From: a bacterium
GTDB lineage: Bacteria > Patescibacteriota > Minisyncoccia > Minisyncoccales > CG1-02-41-26
Direction: 5' to 3'
Assembly: GCA_030603395.1 (NCBI GenBank)
Contig: JAUVXX010000002.1
Coordinates: 15,807 to 79,806 of the forward strand
Length of the DNA: 64,000 nucleotides
Notes under the pieces: generated by a model
Databases searched by the model: none
What the model saw: only the letters and a program-made list of their open reading frames with translations
What the model was told of the DNA's origin: nothing
Position numbers and translations under genes: made by a program
Shown here: piece by piece, positions 17,215 to 26,939 of the stretch
Layout of the letters: every line of letters begins with the position of its first letter
How positions within the stretch are numbered: position 1 is the first letter of the stretch

Positions 17215-18304
17215 TTTTGTATTGTTGTTAGTGGTTTTTGTCCTGCTCGGTTGGGGGATATTTACCCTGGGAACTGTTTCTGCTCCTCTTTCTTTGGAAA
17301 ATTACGGAAATACCTGGCATTATTTCTTTCACCAAATATTATGGGGGCTTTTGCCGGGCATAGCATTGGGGCTCATTTGTTTTCGTTTACCCTTGAAGCT
17401 TCTCAAAAAATGGGGTCCCTGGTTGTTTTTTTTGAATCTAATACTTTTGTTTCTTGTCTTCTTGCCTAAGATTGGTGTAGAGCTTGGGGGAGCAAAAAGA
17501 TGGCTCGGTTTAGGACCAATTTTATTTCAACCTTCGGAATTCCTCAAAATTACCTTTGTCCTTTATCTTGCTTCCTGGCTTTCCAATAAATCGGGTGAGC
17601 TAAAAAAGAGTAAAAAAAATCAGACCCTGGTTGTCTTTTTAATAATTTTAGCTGTTTTGGGATTTGGTTTGCTCTCACAGCCCGATATGAGTACGGCTGG
17701 TATAATTCTGATTACGGCCGTTCTAATGTATTTTGCCGCTCCCACTCCTTTCTGGCATTCTCTTTTGATAATTATTGGTGGATCCGGGGCGGCCTTTGCC
17801 TTAATAAAAATTATTCCCTACCGAGCAGCCAGATTGCTTACTTTTCTCCATCCCGAAACTGATCCCTTGGGAGCAAGTTTCCAGCTGAAACAAGCTTTGA
17901 TTGCCATCGGCTCAGGGAAAATATTTGGCATTGAGAAAGGATTTGGGCTTGGCTGGAGCCGACAAAAATTTGGCTTCTTGCCTCATTCAATGTCTGACTC
18001 AATTTTTGCTATAATAGGAGAAGAGATAGGTTTCATCGGCTGCAGCATCCTTATTTTCCTTTTCCTGGTTTTTCTCTGGCGTGGTTTAAGGATAGCGGTC
18101 AGGGCAGAAAAAAGTTTCCTCCGTCTTCTGGCCCTGGGGATTACCTGCTGGATAATCTTGCAAACTTTCTTCAATATCGGAGGAATGACAGGAATTCTGC
18201 CTTTATCTGGAATCCCTCTGCCATTTTTCAGTTATGGAGGATCGCACTTAATAGCTGAGTTGATTGGGGTTGGTATACTTTTAAATATTTCTAAAAAATT
18301 ATGA
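17186..18304 (+). CDS. ftsW: SEDS-family cell division protein FtsW/RodA
   Basis: Polytopic membrane protein with PSEF..K and SGIPLPFFSYGGS motifs. Located between murD and murG. Confidence 0.85.
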   Translation: MPVEQKKRPDFVLLLVVFVLLGWGIFTLGTVSAPLSLENYGNTWHYFFHQILWGLLPGIALGLICFRLPLKLLKKWGPWLFFLNLILLFLVFLPKIGVELGGAKRWLGLGPILFQPSEFLKITFVLYLASWLSNKSGELKKSKKNQTLVVFLIILAVLGFGLLSQPDMSTAGIILITAVLMYFAAPTPFWHSLLIIIGGSGAAFALIKIIPYRAARLLTFLHPETDPLGASFQLKQALIAIGSGKIFGIEKGFGLGWSRQKFGFLPHSMSDSIFAIIGEEIGFIGCSILIFLFLVFLWRGLRIAVRAEKSFLRLLALGITCWIILQTFFNIGGMTGILPLSGIPLPFFSYGGSHLIAELIGVGILLNISKKL

Positions 18305-19413
18305 AAATTGTTTTTACCGGCGGCGGAACGGCAGGCCACACCTTTCCCTTAGTGGCTGTCGCAAGAGAAATTAAAAAAATCTACAGAAAAGAAGACCTCG
18401 AGTTGTTTTACCTTGGCCCTAAAGACAAATACAGCTTAACCCTACTCAGAGAAGAAGGGGTTATCATAAAAACAATATTGGCCGGGAAGCTAAGGAGATA
18501 TTTCTCCTTTAAAAATTTCTTGGATATTCTTAAAATTCCTCTGGGAATTCTGCAGGCTTTCTTCTGGCTCTTTTTTGCCGCTCCCGACCTTATTTTCAGC
18601 AAAGGGGGCTATGGCTCTTTCCCTACGGTGATGGCAGGTCGCATCTTACATATTCCCATCTTCTTACATACTTCAGATATCACACCGGGATTAGCCGCCA
18701 GAATGGAAAGCAAATATGCCTTGGAAATTTTCACCTCTTTTGAGGAGACCGAATTTTTCCCCAAAGAGAAAATAATTTGTACCGGGAATCCTATTCGTGA
18801 AGAAATTCTGAAGGGGTCTCTACAAGAAGCCAGGAAAATCTTTGAGTTGCAGGGAGGGAAACGGATAATTCTGATTCTGGGTGGCTCTCAGGGAGCCAAA
18901 AACATCAATGAAATAATTCTTGAAATTTTACCGGAGCTACTTGCCAATTTTGAAATAATCCATCAAACTGGCTCCAAAACCTTCACCCGGGTAAGGGCCG
19001 AAGCAGCAGCTATGATAAGGGAAGAAAGTTTGAAAAAATATTATCATCCTCTTCCTTTCTTAAATGAAAAATACCTAAAGAACGCTCTTGCTTGTTGCGA
19101 TTTGGTAGTTTCGAGGGGGGGAGCGGGAGGTATTTTTGAGATTGCTGGAGCCAAAAAACCATCTCTGTTAATTCCCTTGCCAACTTCAGCCCAAAATCAT
19201 CAGTTAAAAAATGCTTATGCCTATTCTCGAGCCGGAGCAGCTGAAGTTATTGAGGAGAAAAATTTGAAACCACATTTCTTTTTAGAGAGATTGAAACACT
19301 TGTTTTCCCGTCCCGACCTGCTCAGCAAAATGTCTGTTAGTGCTGAGAGTTTCGCTCGACCCAAGGCAGCCCAAATAATTGCCTCATACATTTTAGAATA
19401 TCTCGGTCAATAA
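18301..19413 (+). CDS. murG: undecaprenyldiphospho-muramoylpentapeptide beta-N-acetylglucosaminyltransferase
   Basis: FTGGGTAGH N-terminus, GGSQGA, and position in the dcw cluster. Confidence 0.9.
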   Translation: MKIVFTGGGTAGHTFPLVAVAREIKKIYRKEDLELFYLGPKDKYSLTLLREEGVIIKTILAGKLRRYFSFKNFLDILKIPLGILQAFFWLFFAAPDLIFSKGGYGSFPTVMAGRILHIPIFLHTSDITPGLAARMESKYALEIFTSFEETEFFPKEKIICTGNPIREEILKGSLQEARKIFELQGGKRIILILGGSQGAKNINEIILEILPELLANFEIIHQTGSKTFTRVRAEAAAMIREESLKKYYHPLPFLNEKYLKNALACCDLVVSRGGAGGIFEIAGAKKPSLLIPLPTSAQNHQLKNAYAYSRAGAAEVIEEKNLKPHFFLERLKHLFSRPDLLSKMSVSAESFARPKAAQIIASYILEYLGQ

Positions 19414-19414
19414 A

Positions 19415-20974
19415 ATGATTGACGATTTAAAATTAATAAGGCCCGGAGAAGTTAGGGTAAGGGTAGCTCCTTCACCAACGGGTCCGTTGCACATTGGGGT
19501 GACCAGAACCGCTCTCTTTAACTATCTTTTTGCTAAAAAATATCAAGGCAGCTTCATCTTGAGAATTGAAGATACCGACGTTGAGAGGTCAAAAAAAGAA
19601 TGGGAAGAAGATGTTATTGAAGGTCTAAAATGGTTAGGCATAGAATGGCAGGAAGGTCCTGATATAGGGGGCCAATATGGACCTTATCGACAGTCGGGTC
19701 GTGGAGAGATTTATCAAAAATATATCCAAAAACTCCTGGATGAAAAGAAGATATATTATTGTTTTTGCTCTAAAGAAGAATTGGAGGCCCATCGAAATTA
19801 TCAGATGAGTATCGGAGAACCACCACGTTATTCTGGAAAATGCCGAGACCTCTCCCCAAAAGACCTTAAAAAGAATTTGGACGCCAAAAAGTCCTTTGTC
19901 TTGAGATTTAAAACTCCTTTCAGGAAAGTTGGTTTCTTAGATATGCTGCGGGGTAAAATAGAAGTTGAAACAGATGCCTTCGGAGATATGACGGTGGCCA
20001 AAGATTTAACTACCCCTTTGTATAATTTAGCCTGTATCATTGATGATTTTGAAATGAAAATAACTCATGTCATCCGGGGAGAAGACCATATTCCCAATAC
20101 CCCCAAACAGATTTTACTGGCTGAAGCTTTAGGTATAGAGCCCCCTAAATACCTTCATTTGCCCTTAATTTTGGGTCTAAACAAAGCAAAATTAAGCAAG
20201 AGACACGAAGCTCGTTCAGTTTTAGAATATAAAGAAGAGGGATATTTACCCGAAGCCATAGTGAATTTTTTGGCGCTTTTGGGCTGGAATCCCGGCACCC
20301 CCCGAGAAATTTTCTCAATGAACTCTTTAATTCAGGAGTTTTCAATTGAAGGACTCCAGAGCGGGGGAGCGATGCTTAATCCCCAAAAGTTAACCTGGAT
20401 AAACGCTTTTTATATTCGCCAAAAATCTCCCGAAAAATTAACCGAACTCTGTCTGCCTTACTTAATAGAGTCGGGGTTGGTTGAACCTTTTTTCGGTCAA
20501 GAAAAATATCCACCGGCTTACGGAGGAGAGCTTATCACTCAACAATTTAAGATTAAAGAAACCGCAGAGGAAATTTCCTTTAATTTTCTTAAAAAGGTCG
20601 TCGGTTTATATCAAGAAAGACTGAGGAAACTTTCAGAGATTGTTGAGTTGACCGATTTCTTTTTTAAAAAGGAATTGGCTTATCCCAAAGAACTTTTGAA
20701 ATGGCAGGAATATTCTTGCAAAGAAATCAAAGAAACACTTGACAGATTAAAGAAAATATTGGCTCGCCCGAAACCAATTGAATGGATAAAAGAGAACTTA
20801 GAGAGAATTTTAATGTCAGAGGCAGAGAAAATAGGGGATAGAGGAAAACTATTGTGGCCCCTGAGAGTGGCTTTGACTGGCAAGAAGGCTTCGGCTGGAC
20901 CTTTTGAAATTGCTGAAATCCTGGGAAAAGAGAAGACCCTAGCAAGAATTAAGGAAGCACGTAAGAAATTGTAA
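19415..20974 (+). CDS. gltX: glutamyl-tRNA synthetase
   Basis: RVAPSPTGPLHIG (HIGH-type) and KLSKR motifs. Confidence 0.9.
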   Translation: MIDDLKLIRPGEVRVRVAPSPTGPLHIGVTRTALFNYLFAKKYQGSFILRIEDTDVERSKKEWEEDVIEGLKWLGIEWQEGPDIGGQYGPYRQSGRGEIYQKYIQKLLDEKKIYYCFCSKEELEAHRNYQMSIGEPPRYSGKCRDLSPKDLKKNLDAKKSFVLRFKTPFRKVGFLDMLRGKIEVETDAFGDMTVAKDLTTPLYNLACIIDDFEMKITHVIRGEDHIPNTPKQILLAEALGIEPPKYLHLPLILGLNKAKLSKRHEARSVLEYKEEGYLPEAIVNFLALLGWNPGTPREIFSMNSLIQEFSIEGLQSGGAMLNPQKLTWINAFYIRQKSPEKLTELCLPYLIESGLVEPFFGQEKYPPAYGGELITQQFKIKETAEEISFNFLKKVVGLYQERLRKLSEIVELTDFFFKKELAYPKELLKWQEYSCKEIKETLDRLKKILARPKPIEWIKENLERILMSEAEKIGDRGKLLWPLRVALTGKKASAGPFEIAEILGKEKTLARIKEARKKL

Positions 20975-20987
20975 ATTTTAAATTTTT

Positions 20988-21347
20988 ATGAAAAAATATT
21001 TATTAATATTTCTTATTTCTCTAATTTGTCTTAGCTCTCTGAGCCCGGTTTTTGCTCAAATTTCTCTTGAGCAAATCCCTTTGGGCGAAGAGGAAAAAAC
21101 AATAGTTAAGCAGGGAGTAGAAACCTTAAAAAAGACCCTGAGGGGAGTCCTGGTGGTCTGGAAAGAAGCCCATCAACGAGTGATGGAATACTGGAGAGAG
21201 AACATTCTACCGAGATTTCAACAATGGTTTGAAGAGAAAAAACCAATTATTAAAAAAGAATTCGAAAAAGAGAAAGAAGAATTAAAAAAGGGGTTAAGTA
21301 AAACTTTTTCTAAATTCTGGAGATGGGTCAAAGATCTCTTTAAATAG
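20988..21347 (+). CDS. secreted hypothetical protein (119 aa)
   Basis: Signal-peptide-like N-terminus (LLIFLISLICLSSLSPVFA) followed by a charged helical remainder. Confidence 0.4.
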   Translation: MKKYLLIFLISLICLSSLSPVFAQISLEQIPLGEEEKTIVKQGVETLKKTLRGVLVVWKEAHQRVMEYWRENILPRFQQWFEEKKPIIKKEFEKEKEELKKGLSKTFSKFWRWVKDLFK

Positions 21348-21367
21348 AGCTATCTATAGCAGGGGAC

Positions 21368-21397
21368 TTGACAAAGGGTCTTGTATATTAATATAAT
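21368..21397 (+). promoter_or_regulatory. sigma70-like promoter TTGACA-18-TATAAT upstream of the recombinase gene
   Basis: -35 at 21368-21373 and -10 at 21392-21397, giving a leader of about 75 nt. Confidence 0.5.
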
Positions 21398-21475
21398 GGA
21401 AGTAAGTATAATAACCCTTACACTTATTCATATATCATCCACTAGACGATATTCCTTTTAATAGGGCTCAAGCCC

Positions 21476-22429
21476 ATGAAAAATAAAAATATACAACTTC
21501 TTCCCTATTTAGATGATTTTCTTTTGAGTTTGCAATCAAATAATTACTCTCAGGAAACAATTTATAATTATGAAAGAGATTTAGAAGTGTTTCAAAACTT
21601 TTTGGAAGAAGTAGATACGGAATTTGATGATATAAATAAGAAAACTATTCTAAATTATAAGGCTTATTTAACCTCTCAGGACCGAAAAACACCAATTCTT
21701 GAGGTAGGAGAGAAAAAACTTAGTAGTTTCTCTATAAATAGAATGTTGTCTTCCCTTCGTTCGTATTTAAAATTTTTAATAGATATGGATTATAAAAGTC
21801 CGATTTCCCCAGATATGGTGAAATTAGTAAAAACCGAGCGGAAAAATCTTCGGGTTTCTGAGTTTGAAGAAATAGTAAAGATAATTGAATCTCCTATGCA
21901 ATTTGAAAAGAATGAGAAAGTTGCCTTAAGGAACCGTGCGATGTTTGAGATGTTATTCTCTACCGGTATGAGAATTTCTGAGCTGGTAAATTTAAAAAAG
22001 AGTCAAATTGATAAAACTGGACGAATTTTTATCATAGGTAAAGGGAAAAAAGAAAGGTTTGTTTATTTGACTCCAAGAGCTAAGAAGCATTTAAAAAATT
22101 ATTTGGAAATACGTGGAGACATAGATTCTCCTTATGTATTCATTCCTTATCGAGGAAAAAATGTTCACATTAAAGACAAAAAAATCTCCTGCACTTATTT
22201 ACAGAGAAAAATAAAAAAATATCGAGAATTAATAGGAATCAACTTACCTCTCTCTTGTCATTCAATTAGGCATGCGTTCGCCACCTATTTAGCAGAAAGT
22301 GGGGCAAATCCAGCAGCGATTCAAATTCTTTTAGGTCATGAATCTCTGGATACCACTACCCGATACGTTCACGTTTCCGATCGTTACGCTGAAAGAATGC
22401 ATCGGAAATATCATCCGTTAAAAGAATGA
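21476..22429 (+). CDS. tyrosine site-specific recombinase, XerC/XerD-like
   Basis: N-terminal SAM-like core-binding domain. Catalytic region RNRAMFEML..GMRISEL, HSIRHAFATYL, LLGHESLDTTTRYVHV. Confidence 0.8.
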   Translation: MKNKNIQLLPYLDDFLLSLQSNNYSQETIYNYERDLEVFQNFLEEVDTEFDDINKKTILNYKAYLTSQDRKTPILEVGEKKLSSFSINRMLSSLRSYLKFLIDMDYKSPISPDMVKLVKTERKNLRVSEFEEIVKIIESPMQFEKNEKVALRNRAMFEMLFSTGMRISELVNLKKSQIDKTGRIFIIGKGKKERFVYLTPRAKKHLKNYLEIRGDIDSPYVFIPYRGKNVHIKDKKISCTYLQRKIKKYRELIGINLPLSCHSIRHAFATYLAESGANPAAIQILLGHESLDTTTRYVHVSDRYAERMHRKYHPLKE

Positions 22430-22436
22430 TATAATT

Positions 22437-22595
22437 CTATTCCCCTGTATTCTCAATTTCTAAAGGGGGTTTTTGAAGATAAAATTGGGTCAGCATGCCG
22501 GCCCCAAAAGCTAATAGACACAAAAGGAAAATTATTAAAAACAAAAGGATATCATTTGAATGACTCTTGAAAAAATTCTTAATATCTGATAGCAT
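22437..22595 (-). CDS. possible small TM protein (52 aa), weak call
   Basis: ATG..TAG ORF below cutoff: [52 protein letters not shown]. Only 12 nt separate its start from the divergent rpmA start, which argues against it. Confidence 0.25.
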   Translation of the reverse strand: MLSDIKNFFKSHSNDILLFLIIFLLCLLAFGAGMLTQFYLQKPPLEIENTGE

Positions 22596-22607
22596 AGTAA
22601 TACCACT

Positions 22608-22880
22608 ATGGCGAAGACAAAATCAAAAGGATCTACCAGGTTGGGCAGAGATTCCCGACCAAAATATTTAGGAGTTAAGATTTACCAGGGTCAAAAAGTG
22701 AAACCTGGAATGATTATAATCCGCCAGCGAGGCACCAAGTTTTTGCCTGGCAAAAATGTTGGCTATGGCAGAGATTATACTCTTTTTGCCCTAAAACCGG
22801 GCGTTGTCAAGTTTAAAACAAAAAGAAAAAAGGGATTTGATAATTCTCAAAGAATTGTTAAAATTGTTGAAGTGAGCTAA
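22608..22880 (+). CDS. rpmA: 50S ribosomal protein L27
   Basis: [28 protein letters not shown]. Confidence 0.9.
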   Translation: MAKTKSKGSTRLGRDSRPKYLGVKIYQGQKVKPGMIIIRQRGTKFLPGKNVGYGRDYTLFALKPGVVKFKTKRKKGFDNSQRIVKIVEVS

Positions 22881-24476
22881 TCACTTCAAGCAGGTTTTAA
22901 TAAATTCTTTGAACAATGGATGAGGCCTTAAGGGCCTCGATTTAAATTCTGGGTGGAATTGAGTGGCCACAAAGAAAGGATGGTTAGGAATTTCCACAAT
23001 TTCCACTAAATCTCTTTCGGGATTTATGCCAGCCATGAGCATGCCTTTCTTCTCCAAGACATCCCTGAATTCGTTATTGAGTTCATAGCGGTGGCGATGA
23101 CGCTCAGAAACAAGAGGAGAACCGTAGACCTGGCGACTCCGTGTACCAGGAGTTAATTTACATTGATAAGCTCCCAATCTCATTGTTCCTTTCCGATCTG
23201 CCATAACATCAATTACCGGTACTTGACAATTCGGGACAAATTCAGTAGAATTTGCTCTTTTTAATTTACAAACATTTCTGGCAAATTCAACTACTGCCAA
23301 CTGCATTCCAAGACAAAGTCCCAGAAAAGGAATTTTATTTTTTCTACAATATTCAATGGCTTTTATTTTTCCTTCCACTCCCCTACCGCCTCTCTCAGAA
23401 TTATTGGGAATAATAACACCATCAAACTTTTTCAAGTTTTTGAGCAGACTTAAATCTCTCTCATAGCTTCTGGCTTCCAACCAATGAATCTCAGGTATCC
23501 TCTTAAAAGACCAAGCAGCATGCTTGATGGCTTCAATCATTGAGATATAACAGTCAGTCAGGGCGGTTGCTTTTGAGTCGATATTTTTCTCAATGGCAGC
23601 AATTTTAACAGTCTCTTTTGCGTTTTTTATTATCGTGACCAGCTTTTTCCAATCTTTCAGATTATTTTTTCGGGAACGTAAACCAAATTTTTCTAAAATG
23701 CGATTGCCTAAATTATCCTTTTCAAAGTTAAGCGGCACCTCATAAATTGATTCAATGTCTGGGGCAGAAATGACATTTTTCTCGTCAATATTGCAAAAAA
23801 TAGAGATTTTCTTTTTCCTTGGAGGATCTAATGGCACCTGAGCGCGAGCTATGATAATATCGGGCTGAATTCCAGCCATGTTCAAAGACCTGACCGCGTG
23901 CTGGGTGGGTTTGGTTTTCATCTCCCCAATCATCTTGGGAATTGGTAAATAACTTACCAAAACAAAAACGACATCTTGGGGATGTCGGAGTTTGAGCATA
24001 CGAGCTGCTTCCAGAAACAAAAGATTTTGATACTCCCCTACCGTACCCCCAATCTCAATCAAAACAAAATCTGCTTTTGTTTTCCTTTGGGCTTTTTTGA
24101 TTCTCCGGATTACCTCCTCTGGTATATGAGGAACAACTTCTACGCATTTTCCGCCGTAGCCAAGATTTCTTTCACGATTAATCACTGCCTGATAAACTCG
24201 GCCTGTGGTCATATAGTTATCTCGGCAAAGATTCTCACCTAAAAATCTTTCATAATTTCCCATGTCCTGGTCGCATTGATCGCCATCTTCAGTAACAAAA
24301 GCTTCTCCATGGATTGACAAATCCATGGTTCCAGCATCAATATTGATATAGGGGTCAATTTTTAAAGCAGTCACCAAAAATCCCTTGCCTTGGAGAATCT
24401 TGCCGATAGAAGCGCAGGAAACCCCTTTGCCAATACCACTCATCACTCCACCAGCAATAAAAATGTACTTTGCCAT
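22881..24476 (-). CDS. pyrG: CTP synthase
   Basis: N-terminal KYIFIAGGVMSGIGKG synthetase domain and C-terminal GATase with GLCLGMQ and HRHRYE. Confidence 0.95.
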   Translation of the reverse strand: MAKYIFIAGGVMSGIGKGVSCASIGKILQGKGFLVTALKIDPYINIDAGTMDLSIHGEAFVTEDGDQCDQDMGNYERFLGENLCRDNYMTTGRVYQAVINRERNLGYGGKCVEVVPHIPEEVIRRIKKAQRKTKADFVLIEIGGTVGEYQNLLFLEAARMLKLRHPQDVVFVLVSYLPIPKMIGEMKTKPTQHAVRSLNMAGIQPDIIIARAQVPLDPPRKKKISIFCNIDEKNVISAPDIESIYEVPLNFEKDNLGNRILEKFGLRSRKNNLKDWKKLVTIIKNAKETVKIAAIEKNIDSKATALTDCYISMIEAIKHAAWSFKRIPEIHWLEARSYERDLSLLKNLKKFDGVIIPNNSERGGRGVEGKIKAIEYCRKNKIPFLGLCLGMQLAVVEFARNVCKLKRANSTEFVPNCQVPVIDVMADRKGTMRLGAYQCKLTPGTRSRQVYGSPLVSERHRHRYELNNEFRDVLEKKGMLMAGINPERDLVEIVEIPNHPFFVATQFHPEFKSRPLRPHPLFKEFIKTCLK

Positions 24477-24479
24477 AAC

Positions 24480-24929
24480 TCACTTCTTCTCTTCCACCAC
24501 GATTACTTTTATTTGAGTTTCTAAATTATGCTCAAATTTAATTTTTACCTCAAACTCACCCAGTTCCGTTATCTCCTGAGCGAGCTCTATTTGACTTTTC
24601 TTAATCTCATAGCCCAATCCTTTCAGGTGAGTAGCAATTTTTTGGGCAGTTACTTTCTCAAAGAGCTGTTCTTTCTCACCCAGTTTAACCGGGATTTCCA
24701 CCTCAAGTTCATCCATTTTAGAAGCCAAGCTGCCAACTTTCTCTAATTCTTCTTCAGCTTTTTTCTCCGCCACTTCCCGCTGTTTTTCTACCCAGGCTAA
24801 AGTTTTCTCGTCAGCTATTTTGGCTAAACCTTGAGGAATGAGAAAATTACGGGCATAGCCTGCCTTAACGGTTTTAACTTCGTATTTCCTGCCAATTTTC
24901 TCAACATCTTTTAATAAAATAACTTTCAT
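24480..24929 (-). CDS. rplI: 50S ribosomal protein L9
   Basis: [36 protein letters not shown]. Confidence 0.85.
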   Translation of the reverse strand: MKVILLKDVEKIGRKYEVKTVKAGYARNFLIPQGLAKIADEKTLAWVEKQREVAEKKAEEELEKVGSLASKMDELEVEIPVKLGEKEQLFEKVTAQKIATHLKGLGYEIKKSQIELAQEITELGEFEVKIKFEHNLETQIKVIVVEEKK

Positions 24930-24949
24930 ATTCTATATAATGTATTCTT

Positions 24950-26194
24950 TCACAAATCCTTTATTATTTCAATCGCTTTCTTTAATTGAGGGTCACGATC
25001 TTCCTCCCAATCTTCATCAGTCATCTCAACTTCTACGTCTGGAGTCAATCCTGCCTCATCAATTGAGGTGCCATTGGGAGTCAGCCAATTAGCAATGGTA
25101 ATTTTCATAGAAGAATTGTCCGACAAAAACACCTGCTCTTGGACCGAACCCTTGCCAAAAGATTTCTTGCCAATTAATTGGACTTGCCTGTTGTCCCTTA
25201 AAGCCCCTGCTAAAATCTCAGCCCCCGAAGCTGACCCCTCATTTATCAAAACTACTGTTGGGTATTGGGAAAACCTGGCAGGACCTTTTGATTTGTAAAC
25301 CTCCCTCTCTTTGCCTTCTCCAGAATCTTGCCAGACGACTACCTCGCCTTTCTCTAAAAACCAGCCAGCAATCTTCTGAGCTACCTCCAAATAGCCCCCG
25401 GGGTTGTTTCTTAAATCTAAAATTATTTTCTGGGCTGGTGAATTTAGAATTTCAATTGACTCCTTCTCAAATTCAGAAGACAAGATTTTGTTAAACTGAT
25501 AAATTTCTATTAAAGCGATGTTGTCTTCTTTTAATTCCCACTTCAAGGTAGGTATTTTTATAACTTCTCTTTTTATCTCAAACTCTTGGGGGTCTTGCCA
25601 TCCTTCTCTCTGGATTAAAAGTTTAACCTTAGTGTCCTTAGGGCCTCTTATCAATTTTACTGCTTCCTCGATTGAGATGTCTCTGGTAAAAGTTCCGTCA
25701 ATTTTAAAAATTTTATCTCCAGATCTTATGCCTGAACTTTGAGCCGGTCTTTCTACAAGTGGTGAAATGACAGTCAATTCATCTTTTTTAATGTCAATCA
25801 TCATGCCCACTCCCTGATACTCCCCCGAAAGCTCTTCCTCAAATTCTTCTGCCTCTTGAGGATTAAAAAAGGTAGTGTAAGGGTCTTCTAAGGTAGCAAG
25901 CATTCCCCTGATTGCCCCATAAACCATGCCCTGGTAGTCAATTTTTTCCTTCTTCAGAAAATCACTCTCCATTTTTCTCCAGACCTCCCAAAAAATGGCA
26001 AAATTAACTTTCTCTGGAGCCCCCTCTCCCTCAATTATCATATCGGGAGGCGTACCAAGTATTCTTTCCTTTTCCACAAAAACTCCCACCCGGAAACTTA
26101 CCAAGGCAACCCCCAAAATAACCAAGATTAAAACTATTCTTTTAACCCATCTCATTACTATATCATAGACCAATTTATTTTTTATTTCAATCAA
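24950..26194 (-). CDS. carboxyl-terminal processing protease (S41)
   Basis: PDZ region, SASGAEILAGAL and FGKGSVQ motifs. The listed TTG start is doubtful; the Met at MRWVKR with a TM anchor is more likely. Confidence 0.8.
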   Translation of the reverse strand: MIEIKNKLVYDIVMRWVKRIVLILVILGVALVSFRVGVFVEKERILGTPPDMIIEGEGAPEKVNFAIFWEVWRKMESDFLKKEKIDYQGMVYGAIRGMLATLEDPYTTFFNPQEAEEFEEELSGEYQGVGMMIDIKKDELTVISPLVERPAQSSGIRSGDKIFKIDGTFTRDISIEEAVKLIRGPKDTKVKLLIQREGWQDPQEFEIKREVIKIPTLKWELKEDNIALIEIYQFNKILSSEFEKESIEILNSPAQKIILDLRNNPGGYLEVAQKIAGWFLEKGEVVVWQDSGEGKEREVYKSKGPARFSQYPTVVLINEGSASGAEILAGALRDNRQVQLIGKKSFGKGSVQEQVFLSDNSSMKITIANWLTPNGTSIDEAGLTPDVEVEMTDEDWEEDRDPQLKKAIEIIKDL

Positions 26195-26224
26195 ATTCTA
26201 CAATAATTCCTTAGATTATTCTAT

Positions 26225-26261
26225 CTAAAACAAAGAGCCGCCTCTTTAACTTTGAGGCGGC
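26225..26261 (-). terminator. rho-independent terminator of the 26283-26759 orphan gene
   Basis: Minus strand: gccgcctc-aaagttaaa-gaggcggc followed by tctttgtttt. Confidence 0.65.
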
Positions 26262-26282
26262 CAATTGCTATTCTAATTCAAA

Positions 26283-26759
26283 CTATCTTGAGAGAAACTC
26301 TTTTGCCTTCCTGGAAATACAATCTTGAAGCATTTTCTCATCTCCGGGATATTTACCTTTAAGGCCTTTCCTTAGGTAGGTCTTCCATGCTTGCAGGAAG
26401 ATAGACCTTTGCCATTCGGGAAGTAGATTTTTCTTTTTTGTCTCCATCCCGGGATGGTTCTTCTTCCACTCCTGAAAGGCCTCTTTGACGATCTTTTCAA
26501 TATGATCCTCGATTATTTTTTTTCTTTCCTCTGGAGAAAGAGACATATCAAGAGTTCTTGGTTCTTCTAACTCCTGCTCAAAGCCAACCTTTCCTTCCTC
26601 CTGCTTTTTTTGCTTTATGAAATCCGAGCATTCGGCAAGGGAGCCCTTACATAGGGCGCGACGACCACTCCCTTGACTAATCCCATATTCATCTCGACCT
26701 ATTTTACATAGGTCGAAAATCCTATTACCTATAGCATAAGACCTAATCCATTTCCGCAT
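26283..26759 (-). CDS. hypothetical protein (158 aa), orphan with strong SD
   Basis: AAGGAGGA lies 5 nt upstream of the ATG (26765-26772). It has its own terminator. No family recognised. Confidence 0.45.
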   Translation of the reverse strand: MRKWIRSYAIGNRIFDLCKIGRDEYGISQGSGRRALCKGSLAECSDFIKQKKQEEGKVGFEQELEEPRTLDMSLSPEERKKIIEDHIEKIVKEAFQEWKKNHPGMETKKKNLLPEWQRSIFLQAWKTYLRKGLKGKYPGDEKMLQDCISRKAKEFLSR

Positions 26760-26866
26760 TGGATTCCTCCTTGTTTTTAAGGTAATTTAAACCAAATACT
26801 TTGATTTGGTTTAGTAAAACTATCTTAAAACAAACCCCGGAAAAAAGCAAGTGGAGATAAAAAAAG

Positions 26867-26937
26867 TGCCCCCAGAAGGAATCGAACTTTCATCAATTGC
26901 TTAAAAGGCAACTGCTTTACCATTAAGCTATGGGGGC
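26867..26937 (-). tRNA. tRNA-Lys (anticodon UUU)
   Basis: Cloverleaf by hand: acceptor GCCCCCA/TGGGGGC, D arm GCTT..AAGC, anticodon loop CTTTTAA, T loop TTCGATT (one T-stem mismatch). No encoded CCA. Begins 2 nt after the dnaJ stop. Confidence 0.8.
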
Positions 26938-26939
26938 AT

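Noticed and set aside
21476-22429. Tyrosine recombinase as a marker of an integrated mobile element.
   Set aside because: There is no flanking direct repeat, adjacent tRNA target, phage or conjugation genes, or obvious compositional shift. It looks like a chromosomal Xer-type recombinase.
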